A stretch of 64,000 nt of DNA from a virus (Duplodnaviria > Caudoviricetes). Below the pieces are notes generated by a model. It searched no databases, was not told the DNA's origin, and saw only the letters and a list, made by a program, of their open reading frames with translations. Positions 20,432-30,531 of the stretch are shown one piece after another. The DNA lies in IMG/VR virus record IMGVR_UViG_3300032295_003763, positions 135,928 to 199,927 of that record; one strand, given 5' to 3'. Position 1 is the stretch's first letter. Every line of letters starts with the position of its first letter. A program made the position numbers and the translations under genes.

Positions 20432-20761
20432 TTATTTATTTTTAGAAAAGTAGAATTTTAAAATGTTTAATAAGGACGGTCTTTTAAATTCTGAACGATA
20501 GATTTCTTTAGCAAATGCCTCCTTTACAGCCATTCTATCGAAATCTTTAATTTCTTTCAAAGAGTCTTCATATAATCTTTCAATATATGATTCATTCTTA
20601 AAAATGATACTAGACGAAGATTGCTTTCTATTATCTAGGATTCTAGATCTATTTTTAGAATTTGATTTCAGAAATATGATGGTGTTTTCTACACCATTTT
20701 CATCTAAAACCTTGATAGCATCATCTTCGACAATAACTGAAACATCATTATGATATTCCAT
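20432..20761 (-). CDS. Hypothetical protein
   Basis: 109-aa ORF with its own promoter and terminator. Confidence 0.65.
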   Translation of the reverse strand: MEYHNDVSVIVEDDAIKVLDENGVENTIIFLKSNSKNRSRILDNRKQSSSSIIFKNESYIERLYEDSLKEIKDFDRMAVKEAFAKEIYRSEFKRPSLLNILKFYFSKNK

Positions 20762-20801
20762 ATTTTCCTCTTTTATTATTTAGAAATAATATATTCAATT
20801 A

Positions 20802-20832
20802 CAAATATAGTATAAAGAATAATAAAAACAAA
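20802..20832 (-). promoter_or_regulatory. Bacteroidota-type host promoter
   Basis: TTTG-N19-TATATTTG. Confidence 0.65.
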
Positions 20833-20833
20833 A

Positions 20834-21637
20834 TTATATTTTCAATTTCAATAAAGATAATAAAAGCTCTTCGGTTGATGCCTTTGGTATGTCTAATGGA
20901 TTACAACCATGTTTCATAGAAAAATAAATATCAGCACCCCTTAGCCTCTCTTCATATTTTTCATCCTTTTGTATAGTAGTATTTCTAAATTCAGATCCAT
21001 CTCCAATATATTGATGCGCATTTGCAATATCTGCAAAATACCAAAAAGGTGGATGTAATTCTTCTTTAATTATTCTATACGTAAAATCTACATGCTCATG
21101 TATATTATAAAATCTTTCGTCCAAATAACCTACTCTTTCTATACACTCTCGATGCATATACATTAAAGGACCTGAACACCAATGATAAAAACAAATTTGA
21201 ATATCATTATAATCAACACAATATACTGGAGTAGGGTGGTTGATTGTCCCATCACTATGTCTATTAGCATTACCATAACCCTGTAATGCATAATTGAAAT
21301 GTTTTATACCAGATATCTCAGATGCTTCAATATATTTTTGAAAAATAGAGGTATCCTTAATAACTATATCATCTTCTAGTATAAATATATGCTCACAACC
21401 TTGACCCATCAAATATCGTATAGCCGAGTTTTTAGCTATGGCTACACCTTTATTTATAGAGTGTTGTATAACATCATATCTATTTTGATAAATAGAATGA
21501 TCATACGGTGTTCCATCATTTACTATAACAACATTCTCAATGAAATCTGGAAGTGTATTAAGTAATGATTGTAGTCTAGTTGGAGAATTATATGTTGTAA
21601 TCCCAATACCTATTTTTTTATAATCTATTTGTTCCAT
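20834..21637 (-). CDS. GT2-family glycosyltransferase
   Basis: IGITTYN, IVNDG, GVAIAKN, ILEDD, VGYLDERF, EHVD. Confidence 0.88.
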   Translation of the reverse strand: MEQIDYKKIGIGITTYNSPTRLQSLLNTLPDFIENVVIVNDGTPYDHSIYQNRYDVIQHSINKGVAIAKNSAIRYLMGQGCEHIFILEDDIVIKDTSIFQKYIEASEISGIKHFNYALQGYGNANRHSDGTINHPTPVYCVDYNDIQICFYHWCSGPLMYMHRECIERVGYLDERFYNIHEHVDFTYRIIKEELHPPFWYFADIANAHQYIGDGSEFRNTTIQKDEKYEERLRGADIYFSMKHGCNPLDIPKASTEELLLSLLKLKI

Positions 21638-22121
21638 AATATTCTGGGTCTATTATTGCTAAACCTTTTTCTTGTAAATTATAAATATCAAAGTGTTTAG
21701 ATGTTAAATAATAATATGCTTTTCCAATATTTGACAATAAATTATCACAATGGATTATATCAAAATTGTGGTATATCTGAACTTTAAGATCTATACTTTC
21801 CTCAGTAACTTCATAAAAATGAGGTAAAAAATTATAGTTAGGCTTATAATTCCCATAACCAATTCTATCTGTTACTAAATCGGTTATTGTGTAAAGATCC
21901 ATTAAAGTCAAATGAACAAATCCTTTCATTATCGGAATAACATCGCTATAATTATAATAGGATTCTTCGTTTTTATCATTTATCGTAAGAATATTATTTT
22001 CTAGTACATTTAAAACCTTAGATATACCTGATTTTGTTATTACAAAGGTACCAGGCGTTATTGCAGTTTTAAGAAGATCTACGTCATCCCTTTTAACATG
22101 AGTTATCATATCAATCCTCAC
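21618..22121 (-). CDS. Hypothetical phage protein
   Basis: C-terminal [14 protein letters not shown] resembles the HFD..L..KGLA motif recalled from Bacteroidota phage proteins. Confidence 0.6.
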   Translation of the reverse strand: MRIDMITHVKRDDVDLLKTAITPGTFVITKSGISKVLNVLENNILTINDKNEESYYNYSDVIPIMKGFVHLTLMDLYTITDLVTDRIGYGNYKPNYNFLPHFYEVTEESIDLKVQIYHNFDIIHCDNLLSNIGKAYYYLTSKHFDIYNLQEKGLAIIDPEYYGTNRL

Positions 22122-23115
22122 ATATTCTCTTTAAAGATTCTAATTGGTCTGGTGTTAAATCTTGTTTCGGTATGTGTAGTTTAACTCTTATGTATGTTTT
22201 ACCACCAACAAAAGGACCTTCACACAAACGTATTAGAGTATCTGTATCAAACCATTTTTCTATATAATAAGTATATTTATAATCTTTATCATTAAACATA
22301 CTTATATTTTTTGATGAACCTGTGACTAAATCAATATATCGTACTTCATCAGTAATAACAATGTCATTACCCACTCTTTCATGATTATCTTCAGGTTGTT
22401 CAATTACCTTTATTATAACATCACCCCTATGTCCTCTTTGATTTGGAGATTCATGACCTCCATGTCGTATCCTTAACGCTGTAGTTTTATCTATACCCTT
22501 TGGTATATCAACGATAATTGTAAAGTCCTCTAATAAAAATCCATCTTTACATCCTGGAGGACATGTTTCTTTTCTTCTTTTAATTGAACCCGCACCTTTA
22601 CAAGTATTACAAGGCTGTCGCTGTTCTACTCTAAAATAGCCATTACCCCTAACTTCAACAACAACTCCGCTCCCACCACAATTATTACATCTTACATGTG
22701 TATCTGCACAACTACTACACCAAGTTTTTCTTTTATACTTAACAGTTTTCTTAGCACCAAAAGCAGCATCCTTTATACTGCAATAACAATCAACTTCTAA
22801 CGGTGGTATAGCTACTTCCCTTCTTTCAAATACTTCTTCAGTAAAACTAAATCCAGAAAAGAAACCATCCGTTGATGAAAACATATCACTCCAATTACCA
22901 GAAAAACTATTACCTGAACTTTGGAAATCATATTGTTTTCTTTTAGTAGCATCAGATAATACTTGATATGCTTCATTGATTTCTTTAAATCTTTCTGCAC
23001 CTTCTGGATTTTTATCTGGATGATATTTCAAAGATAATGTTCTGAATGCTCTCTTAATTTCGTCTTGAGTTGCACCTGAATTCAATTCTAGTATTTCGTA
23101 ATAATTCTTTTTCAT
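22111..23115 (-). CDS. dnaJ: DnaJ co-chaperone (class A architecture)
   Basis: J-domain with HPD, G/F-rich linker, CxxCxGxG zinc-finger repeats, C-terminal domain. Confidence 0.93.
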   Translation of the reverse strand: MKKNYYEILELNSGATQDEIKRAFRTLSLKYHPDKNPEGAERFKEINEAYQVLSDATKRKQYDFQSSGNSFSGNWSDMFSSTDGFFSGFSFTEEVFERREVAIPPLEVDCYCSIKDAAFGAKKTVKYKRKTWCSSCADTHVRCNNCGGSGVVVEVRGNGYFRVEQRQPCNTCKGAGSIKRRKETCPPGCKDGFLLEDFTIIVDIPKGIDKTTALRIRHGGHESPNQRGHRGDVIIKVIEQPEDNHERVGNDIVITDEVRYIDLVTGSSKNISMFNDKDYKYTYYIEKWFDTDTLIRLCEGPFVGGKTYIRVKLHIPKQDLTPDQLESLKRICED

Positions 23116-23160
23116 TTAAGAAGCTCTTTGTGGATTTTATATTATATCTTAAAATATAAT

Positions 23161-23191
23161 TTTGTTTTTATTATTTTTTTTCTTATCTTTG
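23161..23191 (+). promoter_or_regulatory. Bacteroidota-type host promoter, probably giving a leaderless mRNA
   Basis: TTTG-N19-TATCTTTG ending 4 nt before ATG 23196. Confidence 0.7.
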
Positions 23192-23195
23192 TTCT

Positions 23196-23906
23196 ATGAA
23201 AATAAAAAATACATTTTTAGAATTAGTAGGAACTACTGTTCCTCATGGATATGAATCTTTGATCTATCCTTTATTACCTAAGCACGATTTAGATCCCTTC
23301 GGTAATGCTTACATACATATAGGTGATACCAAACCTAAAGTAATGTTTACTGCACACTTAGATACCTTTAGTAAAGGAGATCCTGAAAAAATCAATCATA
23401 AAATTTCAGGCAATATAATAAAAACTAATGGTAAAACAATACTAGGAGCAGATGATAAAGCAGGCGTTGCACTATTAATTTCTATGATTGAAGCTCAAGT
23501 ACCTGGCCTTTATTATTTTTTCACTGCTGAAGAAGTAGGTAGATACGGTTCAAGATTTGCCGCTGAATCTCATGAATTTAATAGTTTAGGATCAAAGATA
23601 AAAAATGTAATTAGTTTTGATCGTAAAGGATATAATTCAATTATAACGCACCAGTCGAATATCAGAACTTGTGATGATAAATTTGCAATGAAATTATCAT
23701 CAGATTTTAAAAATTATGGAATTAACCTAGAATTAGATTCAAATGGAAGCTATACAGATTCCTTTAGTTTTTTAGATAAAAAGAATATTAAAAACTGTAC
23801 AAATATCTCAGTAGGTTATTTTAACCCTCATAGTAATAAAGAAACTCAAGATATTGAGTTTTTACAAAAGCTTTCAGACGCTTGTATATCTATGAATTGG
23901 GATTAA
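23196..23906 (+). CDS. Zn-dependent peptidase/hydrolase, M20/M28 clan
   Basis: FTAHLDT, GADDKAG, AEEVG, SFDR, GYFNPH. Confidence 0.85.
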   Translation: MKIKNTFLELVGTTVPHGYESLIYPLLPKHDLDPFGNAYIHIGDTKPKVMFTAHLDTFSKGDPEKINHKISGNIIKTNGKTILGADDKAGVALLISMIEAQVPGLYYFFTAEEVGRYGSRFAAESHEFNSLGSKIKNVISFDRKGYNSIITHQSNIRTCDDKFAMKLSSDFKNYGINLELDSNGSYTDSFSFLDKKNIKNCTNISVGYFNPHSNKETQDIEFLQKLSDACISMNWD

Positions 23907-23907
23907 A

Positions 23908-23936
23908 CAAAAAAACCCATCGAATCCGATGGGTTT
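23908..23936. terminator. Terminator between convergent genes
   Basis: aaacccatcg-aatc-cgatgggttt. Confidence 0.8.
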
Positions 23937-23954
23937 AGATTGTTTAATTAAGAA

Positions 23955-24674
23955 TTAATATAGGCCACTTCTCATTTTACCAGCACCCATGCCCTTTTCA
24001 CTATAAGATTCTTTTTCATAATCAGGAGTTTCCAAAGATTCTTCAAATTGAGAAACCAATTCTTCAAGTTTAACTGAAGTCCCAATTATCTTCTTTCTGA
24101 AAGAAGAAAGCCAATCTGAGATTCTATCTTTAATTTTTACATACCATGGTTTCTTCATTTCCATTTCTTCTGCTTCTGTTACACCTTCAGCGGAAGCATC
24201 TTCTCTTTTTACACTTAAACTAGAACTAACTTCTACAGGTTGCTTAAATGCACTCTCTGTTTTAAGTTTATTAATTAGTTCTTTACCACCTTCTAATTCT
24301 AATTCAATAATCTCTAACATCAATTTTTGTGATGGTGGATTCCAGCGTAAAGTACCCTTTCTATGTTTTAAAACTAATCCGTGAACTTTGTGATTTGATT
24401 TATTAATAGATTCCATTGCTATTTTAATATCTTCAAGCAATCTCCCTTCATGTTGTTTCAAATCAGCTACATTCAATTCCTTTTCCAACTCTTCGATTTT
24501 TTTTGTAACTAAATCCATTTGATCCATTACACTCTTGAGCTCTTCAATTTTTTCATCTAATTTCTGTACCGATAGAGTCCATACTTTAGTATGTTCAGGA
24601 CTACCTATTGAAAATTCTTGCATTTCATCAGAATCCTCAAAGGATTCGAAAAGTTTTACATACTTTTGTGTCAT
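23955..24674 (-). CDS. Coiled-coil protein, candidate internal head/ejection protein
   Basis: MTQKYVKLFESF N-terminus; late promoter. Confidence 0.65.
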   Translation of the reverse strand: MTQKYVKLFESFEDSDEMQEFSIGSPEHTKVWTLSVQKLDEKIEELKSVMDQMDLVTKKIEELEKELNVADLKQHEGRLLEDIKIAMESINKSNHKVHGLVLKHRKGTLRWNPPSQKLMLEIIELELEGGKELINKLKTESAFKQPVEVSSSLSVKREDASAEGVTEAEEMEMKKPWYVKIKDRISDWLSSFRKKIIGTSVKLEELVSQFEESLETPDYEKESYSEKGMGAGKMRSGLY

Positions 24675-24696
24675 ATTCGATTTTTTATATTTTTTC

Positions 24697-24704
24697 TATA
24701 TATC
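24697..24704 (-). promoter_or_regulatory. Putative late promoter GATATATA
   Basis: Exact motif 22 nt upstream of 24674. Confidence 0.7.
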
Positions 24705-24966
24705 ATTTACCTTTGATGATTTTATTAACTTCATCAAGGATATTTTTTTCAAAATTCTTAGCTTCTTCTTCAAGTTTAGCAACCTTCATAGTAATTTCAA
24801 GTTGTTTAGATCGAACATCGAGCAATAGACATTTTTGTTCTTCTGTTAAATTATTATACCAATTTATATACACATGTGGAGATATTCTTGATGCCTCATA
24901 CACGAGAATAAATTCAGCAATAAATTCTACTAAATCATCATATTCAAATAAATTATCATCTGACAT
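24703..24966 (-). CDS. Hypothetical protein
   Basis: 87-aa ORF with promoter motif upstream. Confidence 0.6.
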   Translation of the reverse strand: MSDDNLFEYDDLVEFIAEFILVYEASRISPHVYINWYNNLTEEQKCLLLDVRSKQLEITMKVAKLEEEAKNFEKNILDEVNKIIKGK

Positions 24967-24999
24967 ATTTCAATCCTTATTATAATTAATCAGTTATAT

Positions 25000-25093
25000 T
25001 ATATATCACCTTTTTTCATGTGCATTGTAAATTATCACATTATTTTCTAATTAACAATAATTCTACCCTATTATTTTAAATGCTAGATATATA
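25000..25093. promoter_or_regulatory. Back-to-back late promoters: GATATATA on minus (25000-25007) and on plus (25086-25093)
   Basis: Each copy faces its divergent downstream gene. Confidence 0.7.
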
Positions 25094-25114
25094 AAATAAA
25101 ATTAGAAATTCTGA

Positions 25115-25834
25115 ATGGAAATTTTACAAAGAGCACCTGAATTTGTCGGTCAGTCTGCTTTAGATAATTCAGAGATACAAACTATTGATATTGTAGATAT
25201 TATAATTAATAATACTGATTACAATAGACCACGTGATGCAAAAAGATATACATTTGTTGAATTATTAGTTTCTGGTAATTATACAGATATTTTAGGATAT
25301 GCAGGTGAATTTGAAAATTCACCTGGTGGAAATGTATCAGCAAAGGGGAATGATCTTATACTTTTTAATAAAATTACAAAAGAACAGTTTCTTACATTAA
25401 TAGTAAATTCTACATATAATTCTAGTGAAGATACTACTACTATAACAGTAAAAACCTTAGATTCATCTATATCGAAAATCCAAAAATTGAATAATACTTG
25501 GGATAACTGGAATATAATATTATCATGTGGGTTAGATTGGGTTCAAACAATAGTTGAATGTGCGGATGCTACTGATTTAATATCTACATTTATTACAAGA
25601 AATAGCGTTCAATTACAATGGAAGTCTGGATTTGGAGCAGAAGTAAATTATATTAGATTGAAAACAAGAGATACTGCTGATTGGTCTATTTATAATTCAT
25701 CTGGTTCAAATTCTTATTTAAAAATATTTGGATTAATTCCAAACACAAGATATGATTGGCAGATTTGTTCGACTTGCGAATTAACTAAGTCCAACTTTTA
25801 TTCAGCAATTCAGACATTTGAAACCCAACCTTAA
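25115..25834 (+). CDS. Protein with C-terminal fibronectin type III-like domain
   Basis: SVQLQW..Y.IR...GLIPNTRYDWQI...FET. Confidence 0.7.
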   Translation: MEILQRAPEFVGQSALDNSEIQTIDIVDIIINNTDYNRPRDAKRYTFVELLVSGNYTDILGYAGEFENSPGGNVSAKGNDLILFNKITKEQFLTLIVNSTYNSSEDTTTITVKTLDSSISKIQKLNNTWDNWNIILSCGLDWVQTIVECADATDLISTFITRNSVQLQWKSGFGAEVNYIRLKTRDTADWSIYNSSGSNSYLKIFGLIPNTRYDWQICSTCELTKSNFYSAIQTFETQP

Positions 25835-25849
25835 AAATAATACTTACTT

Positions 25850-26548
25850 ATGAGTGGTAAAACTCGAAGACTACAACGTTCCGCTAAAACTAATTCTAAT
25901 GAATTAAGAAAATCGATTCAATTAACACCTAATCAAAGGAAATTTGCAGAAGCAATAGAAAACAATCAAATAATCATTTGCACAGGTCCTGCTGGAACTG
26001 CAAAAACTTTTGTGACTATGTATACATCTTTAAAACTTATAGGTGCACGTGAATATGATAAAGTAATAATCACTAAGCCTGCTCAAGAGTCTGGAGAGAA
26101 ATTAGGTTTTTTACCTGGTGATATTGATGAAAAAATAGCACCCTATATGGAATCTTTTATCACTACTCTAGAAAAAATGATTGGTAAAGTAGAAACAAAG
26201 CAATTTGTAGAAAAGGGTTTTATTGAACCTAGACCATTAGCCTATATGAGAGGGTCAACATTTGATAGATCAATCATGATATTAGATGAAGCCCAAAATT
26301 GTGATTTAAGACAACTTATATTATTTGTTACTAGAATGGGCGAAACTTCAAAAGTTATCATTTGTGGAGATGTTGAACAATATGATATTGCAAAAAATCA
26401 GTCTGGATTGAATGATTTTATGAAAATTATTGAGAAAATTGACGGTGCATCTACTTTTAATTTTGATAGATCAGATATTGTTCGTTCTAAAATACTCGTA
26501 GATATTACTGATAACTATAATAAATGGAAGTTAAAAAACAATAAATAA
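25850..26548 (+). CDS. phoH: PhoH-like ATPase
   Basis: GPAGTAKT, LGFLPG, YMRGSTF, LDEAQN, TRMG, GD..Q.D, DIVRS. Confidence 0.95.
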   Translation: MSGKTRRLQRSAKTNSNELRKSIQLTPNQRKFAEAIENNQIIICTGPAGTAKTFVTMYTSLKLIGAREYDKVIITKPAQESGEKLGFLPGDIDEKIAPYMESFITTLEKMIGKVETKQFVEKGFIEPRPLAYMRGSTFDRSIMILDEAQNCDLRQLILFVTRMGETSKVIICGDVEQYDIAKNQSGLNDFMKIIEKIDGASTFNFDRSDIVRSKILVDITDNYNKWKLKNNK

Positions 26549-26551
26549 TAA

Positions 26552-26559
26552 GATATATA
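26552..26559 (+). promoter_or_regulatory. Putative late promoter GATATATA
   Basis: Exact motif 23 nt upstream of 26583. Confidence 0.7.
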
Positions 26560-26582
26560 AGTAATAATTTTCAAAAAGACTT

Positions 26583-27422
26583 ATGTATTTATTTGCAAAC
26601 ACAGCTTCTCTAAATAATTCAACAATAGATAATCTCATTACATTTTTTACCACATTTGGTAGTGTAGGGGGATTATCTATTATTGTTTTCTGCTTTTCAT
26701 TATTTATTGGATATAAATATTTCATCTATAAACTAGAACAAAACAGAGACAAAACTGAAAAGGATTTAGAAGAAGCTAGAGAAAAGATAGATGCTTTAAA
26801 TAATCAATTATCTCAAACTAAATTATCATATGAGCTTCAAATCAAAGATATCATTAATGATGAAAAGGTAGAATCTATTAAAGAAGCCTCTAAATTAAGA
26901 AGCCATCCATTCTTTCAATCATGTGAATACTGGATAACAAGAGTAGAATTATTTCCACATAGAGACCGATTTAGACATACTGTTTTCGTAGATTATGTAA
27001 GTATATTTTTAAGAAATGGAAAGGAAGTATGGGAAGAGCTTATTGAAGATTTAGTTCCTACTATAGAAGATCTTTCAACTATGGAATTATACTCAAGACT
27101 AGTCAAATTACTCCATAGAAAGAATACCTTAACCGAACAAGAATGTAAAGATCTGGGTATACCAGATGTATTTATAGATAAAGTTTCTGAAGAATGGAAT
27201 GGTTCAACAGAAAAGATATTATATGTGTGCATATCATCAATATGTAATTCAGATAGATTTGAGTCTAACGCAAATCGAATAGCCGTTATATTGAATTTAA
27301 TGACTGCTTTATATGAAATTATCGTATTTGAAGCAGAATCTTTAGTTGAAGAACTCAATGGTGAACTTGAAGGAGCTATGTATAAAGGTATGATATGCTG
27401 CGAAAAAAAACCTAATAATTGA
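26583..27422 (+). CDS. Membrane-anchored coiled-coil protein, possibly lysis-related
   Basis: N-terminal hydrophobic helix, coiled coil, soluble domain. Confidence 0.6.
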   Translation: MYLFANTASLNNSTIDNLITFFTTFGSVGGLSIIVFCFSLFIGYKYFIYKLEQNRDKTEKDLEEAREKIDALNNQLSQTKLSYELQIKDIINDEKVESIKEASKLRSHPFFQSCEYWITRVELFPHRDRFRHTVFVDYVSIFLRNGKEVWEELIEDLVPTIEDLSTMELYSRLVKLLHRKNTLTEQECKDLGIPDVFIDKVSEEWNGSTEKILYVCISSICNSDRFESNANRIAVILNLMTALYEIIVFEAESLVEELNGELEGAMYKGMICCEKKPNN

Positions 27423-27423
27423 T

Positions 27424-27960
27424 ATGTCAAAAGATTGTGATAACTTTGGTGATTTTTTTGTTTATAGACTTGAAAACATTTTATTAAAAGGTCTTAGAAA
27501 AGAATCTAATAAACAACTCATTTCAAGAGTAATAAAAAACAACGAAGACTTTATTAAGAGTGAATTTAATTTTTACTTAAGTAATAAGGTTAAGGCACTT
27601 ACCCCACCTAAAAGATCTAAGTTTTGGAACTTTATTTTAGAAAGTTGGAGACCCGTTATGATGTATTTATTTATGTATATTATTGGTCAATACTATATTA
27701 TTAACCCTATTATTGAATTCACATGGCCTAGTATAGAACTTAAAGAACTTCCACCAGAAATGTGGACTTTATTAACTGTTGCAGTAGGTGGTTATATTAC
27801 CTCTAGAGGCGTAGAAAAGGGTATAAAAATATGGAAGGGAAGGGATGAATCCCCAGTCATTTTAGCTGATAATATGAATGGTATTCCAGATTCTTCATAC
27901 GAAGGGACTCCTTTAGATGAAGAAGAATTTTCTGAAGAAAAAGAAGACGATTTAGCTTAA
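27424..27960 (+). CDS. Putative holin (3TM holin-like)
   Basis: SWRP motif, hydrophobic helices, LPPEMWTLL..GGY..SRGVEK. Confidence 0.65.
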   Translation: MSKDCDNFGDFFVYRLENILLKGLRKESNKQLISRVIKNNEDFIKSEFNFYLSNKVKALTPPKRSKFWNFILESWRPVMMYLFMYIIGQYYIINPIIEFTWPSIELKELPPEMWTLLTVAVGGYITSRGVEKGIKIWKGRDESPVILADNMNGIPDSSYEGTPLDEEEFSEEKEDDLA

Positions 27961-27963
27961 TAA

Positions 27964-27995
27964 TTTGGAATTATTAAATAATTTAATTACATTTG
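27964..27995 (+). promoter_or_regulatory. Bacteroidota-type host promoter
   Basis: TTTG-N20-TACATTTG. Confidence 0.7.
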
Positions 27996-28029
27996 CTACA
28001 ATTTAAAAATAAAGTAGCAAAGAGGAATT

Positions 28030-28704
28030 ATGTTAATAATATCAAAATATTTATTAGGTACTAGATCAATAGAAAGTATATCCACCAGAGAAAAACACAA
28101 AATTTTAAATGTCAGGGTTGAGAATGATTATTCGGATCCTGAGATTTATATTTTGGAAGAATCTGAAACACCAGAGGTTGTAAAAAATCTTTTAATTATT
28201 GAAGAAAATATACAACTCAATTATAAATTTAGTGAATTAAATTACATAAACACATTTGAGTTTAGAAAAGGATTACATAAATTTTTCGTTTTTGAAATAA
28301 TTAACAATGAAAATATCAATATAAATCATATATCTAAAAGAAAAGACTTTATAAAAGTCAAATCTAATCTTGATAATTTTGAAACAGAAATAGATGTTTA
28401 TAAAAAATACGCAAGAGTACCTAAACCTGATTTAGATAAAGACTATAGCAAAGACGAACTCTTAAAAATGCATCCCACCAAACAGTTAAAGCATTTACTC
28501 TTAAATAAATATAATCTCAAGAATAAAGTTTGTAAGAAATTAAGTATTGAAAATCAAATTGATTTTATATTAAATTCACAAGAAGGTAAAAAGATAGATC
28601 CTCTTTCTTTAGTAAATCCAAAAGAAATTCAGTTATTTAATACTGAAGATACTCCAAATAATATAAAAATGGTATCATATTCTAATAATGATCCACAATT
28701 CTGA
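28030..28704 (+). CDS. Hypothetical protein
   Basis: 224-aa ORF between promoter and terminator. Confidence 0.65.
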   Translation: MLIISKYLLGTRSIESISTREKHKILNVRVENDYSDPEIYILEESETPEVVKNLLIIEENIQLNYKFSELNYINTFEFRKGLHKFFVFEIINNENININHISKRKDFIKVKSNLDNFETEIDVYKKYARVPKPDLDKDYSKDELLKMHPTKQLKHLLLNKYNLKNKVCKKLSIENQIDFILNSQEGKKIDPLSLVNPKEIQLFNTEDTPNNIKMVSYSNNDPQF

Positions 28705-28709
28705 TAAAT

Positions 28710-28737
28710 AAAAAAAGGGGCTCGAAAGCCCCTTTTT
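28710..28737. terminator. Bidirectional terminator ending the capsid transcript
   Basis: aaaaaggggct-cgaa-agccccttttt; UUCG loop on the minus strand. Confidence 0.88.
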
Positions 28738-28759
28738 ATTTTGCCTATAATCTTTAAGA

Positions 28760-30502
28760 TTATACCAATGTACCGCCATCAAGAGCAATGTAGAATGTAT
28801 AATACATTGTTTGTGGAAGTTGACCTGCTTCAACAAGAGCATAACGGCTCTTAACTGCGATCTTTGGTGACATTGTACCTTCAGAAATTGTCTGAATTGG
28901 TTCTGCCATCAAATAAGGCATGAATTTCAAACCTGGCTCTTCGTCTGTACCTTTGCGACCAACAAGAACGCGAGTATCTGTCCATTCCATGTTAGGATCA
29001 ACATATACTGTCATACCTGCCAATGTTCCGATAGGATAAAGAGAACCATTGTTTTGATTGATTGTGTTTGCCATAGGAGCAAATGTGAATTGTGCAACAT
29101 CTGCAAGTGCTGTAGCAACGTGAGCATTTGTAACAACAAAGTTTGCTGGACCACGACGGCCACGTGAAGCGATAATGTTACCAGCTGCAAGAATCTTGGA
29201 AACAACACGGCGTTGAACTGTTGACAAGTTCTCGAAACCTGTTGAGTTTACAAGGTAGAAATCGTTAACATCGATTGCAAGACCTGCAGCAGCTTTACCT
29301 GTATAAGTAACAGATGTTGTTGTTGCTGTTGAATCCAATGAGAAGTTCATAGTTTCGCCCATAACTTGCCAGAATTCATAGTTGTTTGACCAACCAAGAG
29401 CAAATGCACGACCTAAGATGTGCTTGTTGATAGATTGTGAAATCTCGTTAACAAGTGCATTCTCAACCATAGCAACAACATCAATACCATACTGACGATT
29501 CAAATCTTGAATTTGCTCAGTTGTGATAGATGCTGCAACTTGGTAAGTTGTTGCTTCTACGAATTTTGTATAAGCTTTCAAGCCCATAACGCGATAGTAG
29601 GTAGATTCACCAGTACCACGATCCATTGGCTGATAGCTTTGTGAAGGACTTACTAAGTCACCTTGCCAGTTATCTGCATCAGTTGGACCTGCACCTGAGA
29701 AACCATGAATATGGTTTTCAAGAGCATTCACCAAAGAAGCTGTTGCTGCAGTTGCAACGAATGTTGCTGAACCACCTGTTGTATTTGTTGGAAGACCACC
29801 GCTATTTGTTGTAATAACTGCATCACCATTCAATACATCTGCTACTGTAATAGTATCATTTGCTACTTTAGAAGCTGCTGCATCTGAAGCATATGTAACA
29901 CTATATGTTGCCATAACTCTAAAAATAGGAAGACCAGAAATACGTGACTTACCGATATATTTCAATTCAATTGCATCGTATGTTCCGTTATCCATGTTTG
30001 TAGGATATGCTGCAACAGCACTTGTATCAACTGCCCAATATGTTGTACCAACAACAAGAGCACCTGCTGGAATTGTTACTGTAGCTGACAATTCAATGAT
30101 TTCTGGCTTAGTTGCGCTGTCTGTTTTACCACCAGCATATACATAATCAAGATATGTAAGAACGCCAGCAGGACCTGACATAGGAACAACATTAACAATG
30201 TCAAAACCTACTGTCTTAGCAGCTACTTGAATAGCCAAAGGAAGAAGTGATGGGAATTTATCACCAGAACCTTGGTTTGATGATGTGTAGAAACCAGATG
30301 CGCCACCACCAAAAGTTGGAGCAGCTACTGCACCCATACCTGGTGTACCACCAAGAGTTTGGTAAGCAGATGATTCATTTAAGGTGTGATAGTGGCAATA
30401 TTTAGAAAGCCAGTTGAGTTTTTCACGATCCTTAATACCAGTCTGGGACTCAATAATAGGAGACCAGGTTTCGTGGATTTTTGCTTCATTTAAAACTTGC
30501 AT
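28760..30502 (-). CDS. gp23: Major capsid protein, T4 gp23-like
   Basis: V.PMSGPAG, TTEQIQDL..YGID, EI..SINK, RRG.ANF, GTLAGMTVYVDP, FMPY, PKIAVKSRYAL. Confidence 0.93.
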   Translation of the reverse strand: MQVLNEAKIHETWSPIIESQTGIKDREKLNWLSKYCHYHTLNESSAYQTLGGTPGMGAVAAPTFGGGASGFYTSSNQGSGDKFPSLLPLAIQVAAKTVGFDIVNVVPMSGPAGVLTYLDYVYAGGKTDSATKPEIIELSATVTIPAGALVVGTTYWAVDTSAVAAYPTNMDNGTYDAIELKYIGKSRISGLPIFRVMATYSVTYASDAAASKVANDTITVADVLNGDAVITTNSGGLPTNTTGGSATFVATAATASLVNALENHIHGFSGAGPTDADNWQGDLVSPSQSYQPMDRGTGESTYYRVMGLKAYTKFVEATTYQVAASITTEQIQDLNRQYGIDVVAMVENALVNEISQSINKHILGRAFALGWSNNYEFWQVMGETMNFSLDSTATTTSVTYTGKAAAGLAIDVNDFYLVNSTGFENLSTVQRRVVSKILAAGNIIASRGRRGPANFVVTNAHVATALADVAQFTFAPMANTINQNNGSLYPIGTLAGMTVYVDPNMEWTDTRVLVGRKGTDEEPGLKFMPYLMAEPIQTISEGTMSPKIAVKSRYALVEAGQLPQTMYYTFYIALDGGTLV

Positions 30503-30531
30503 ATTAAAAAATTATTTTTTTTTCGTTTTTA

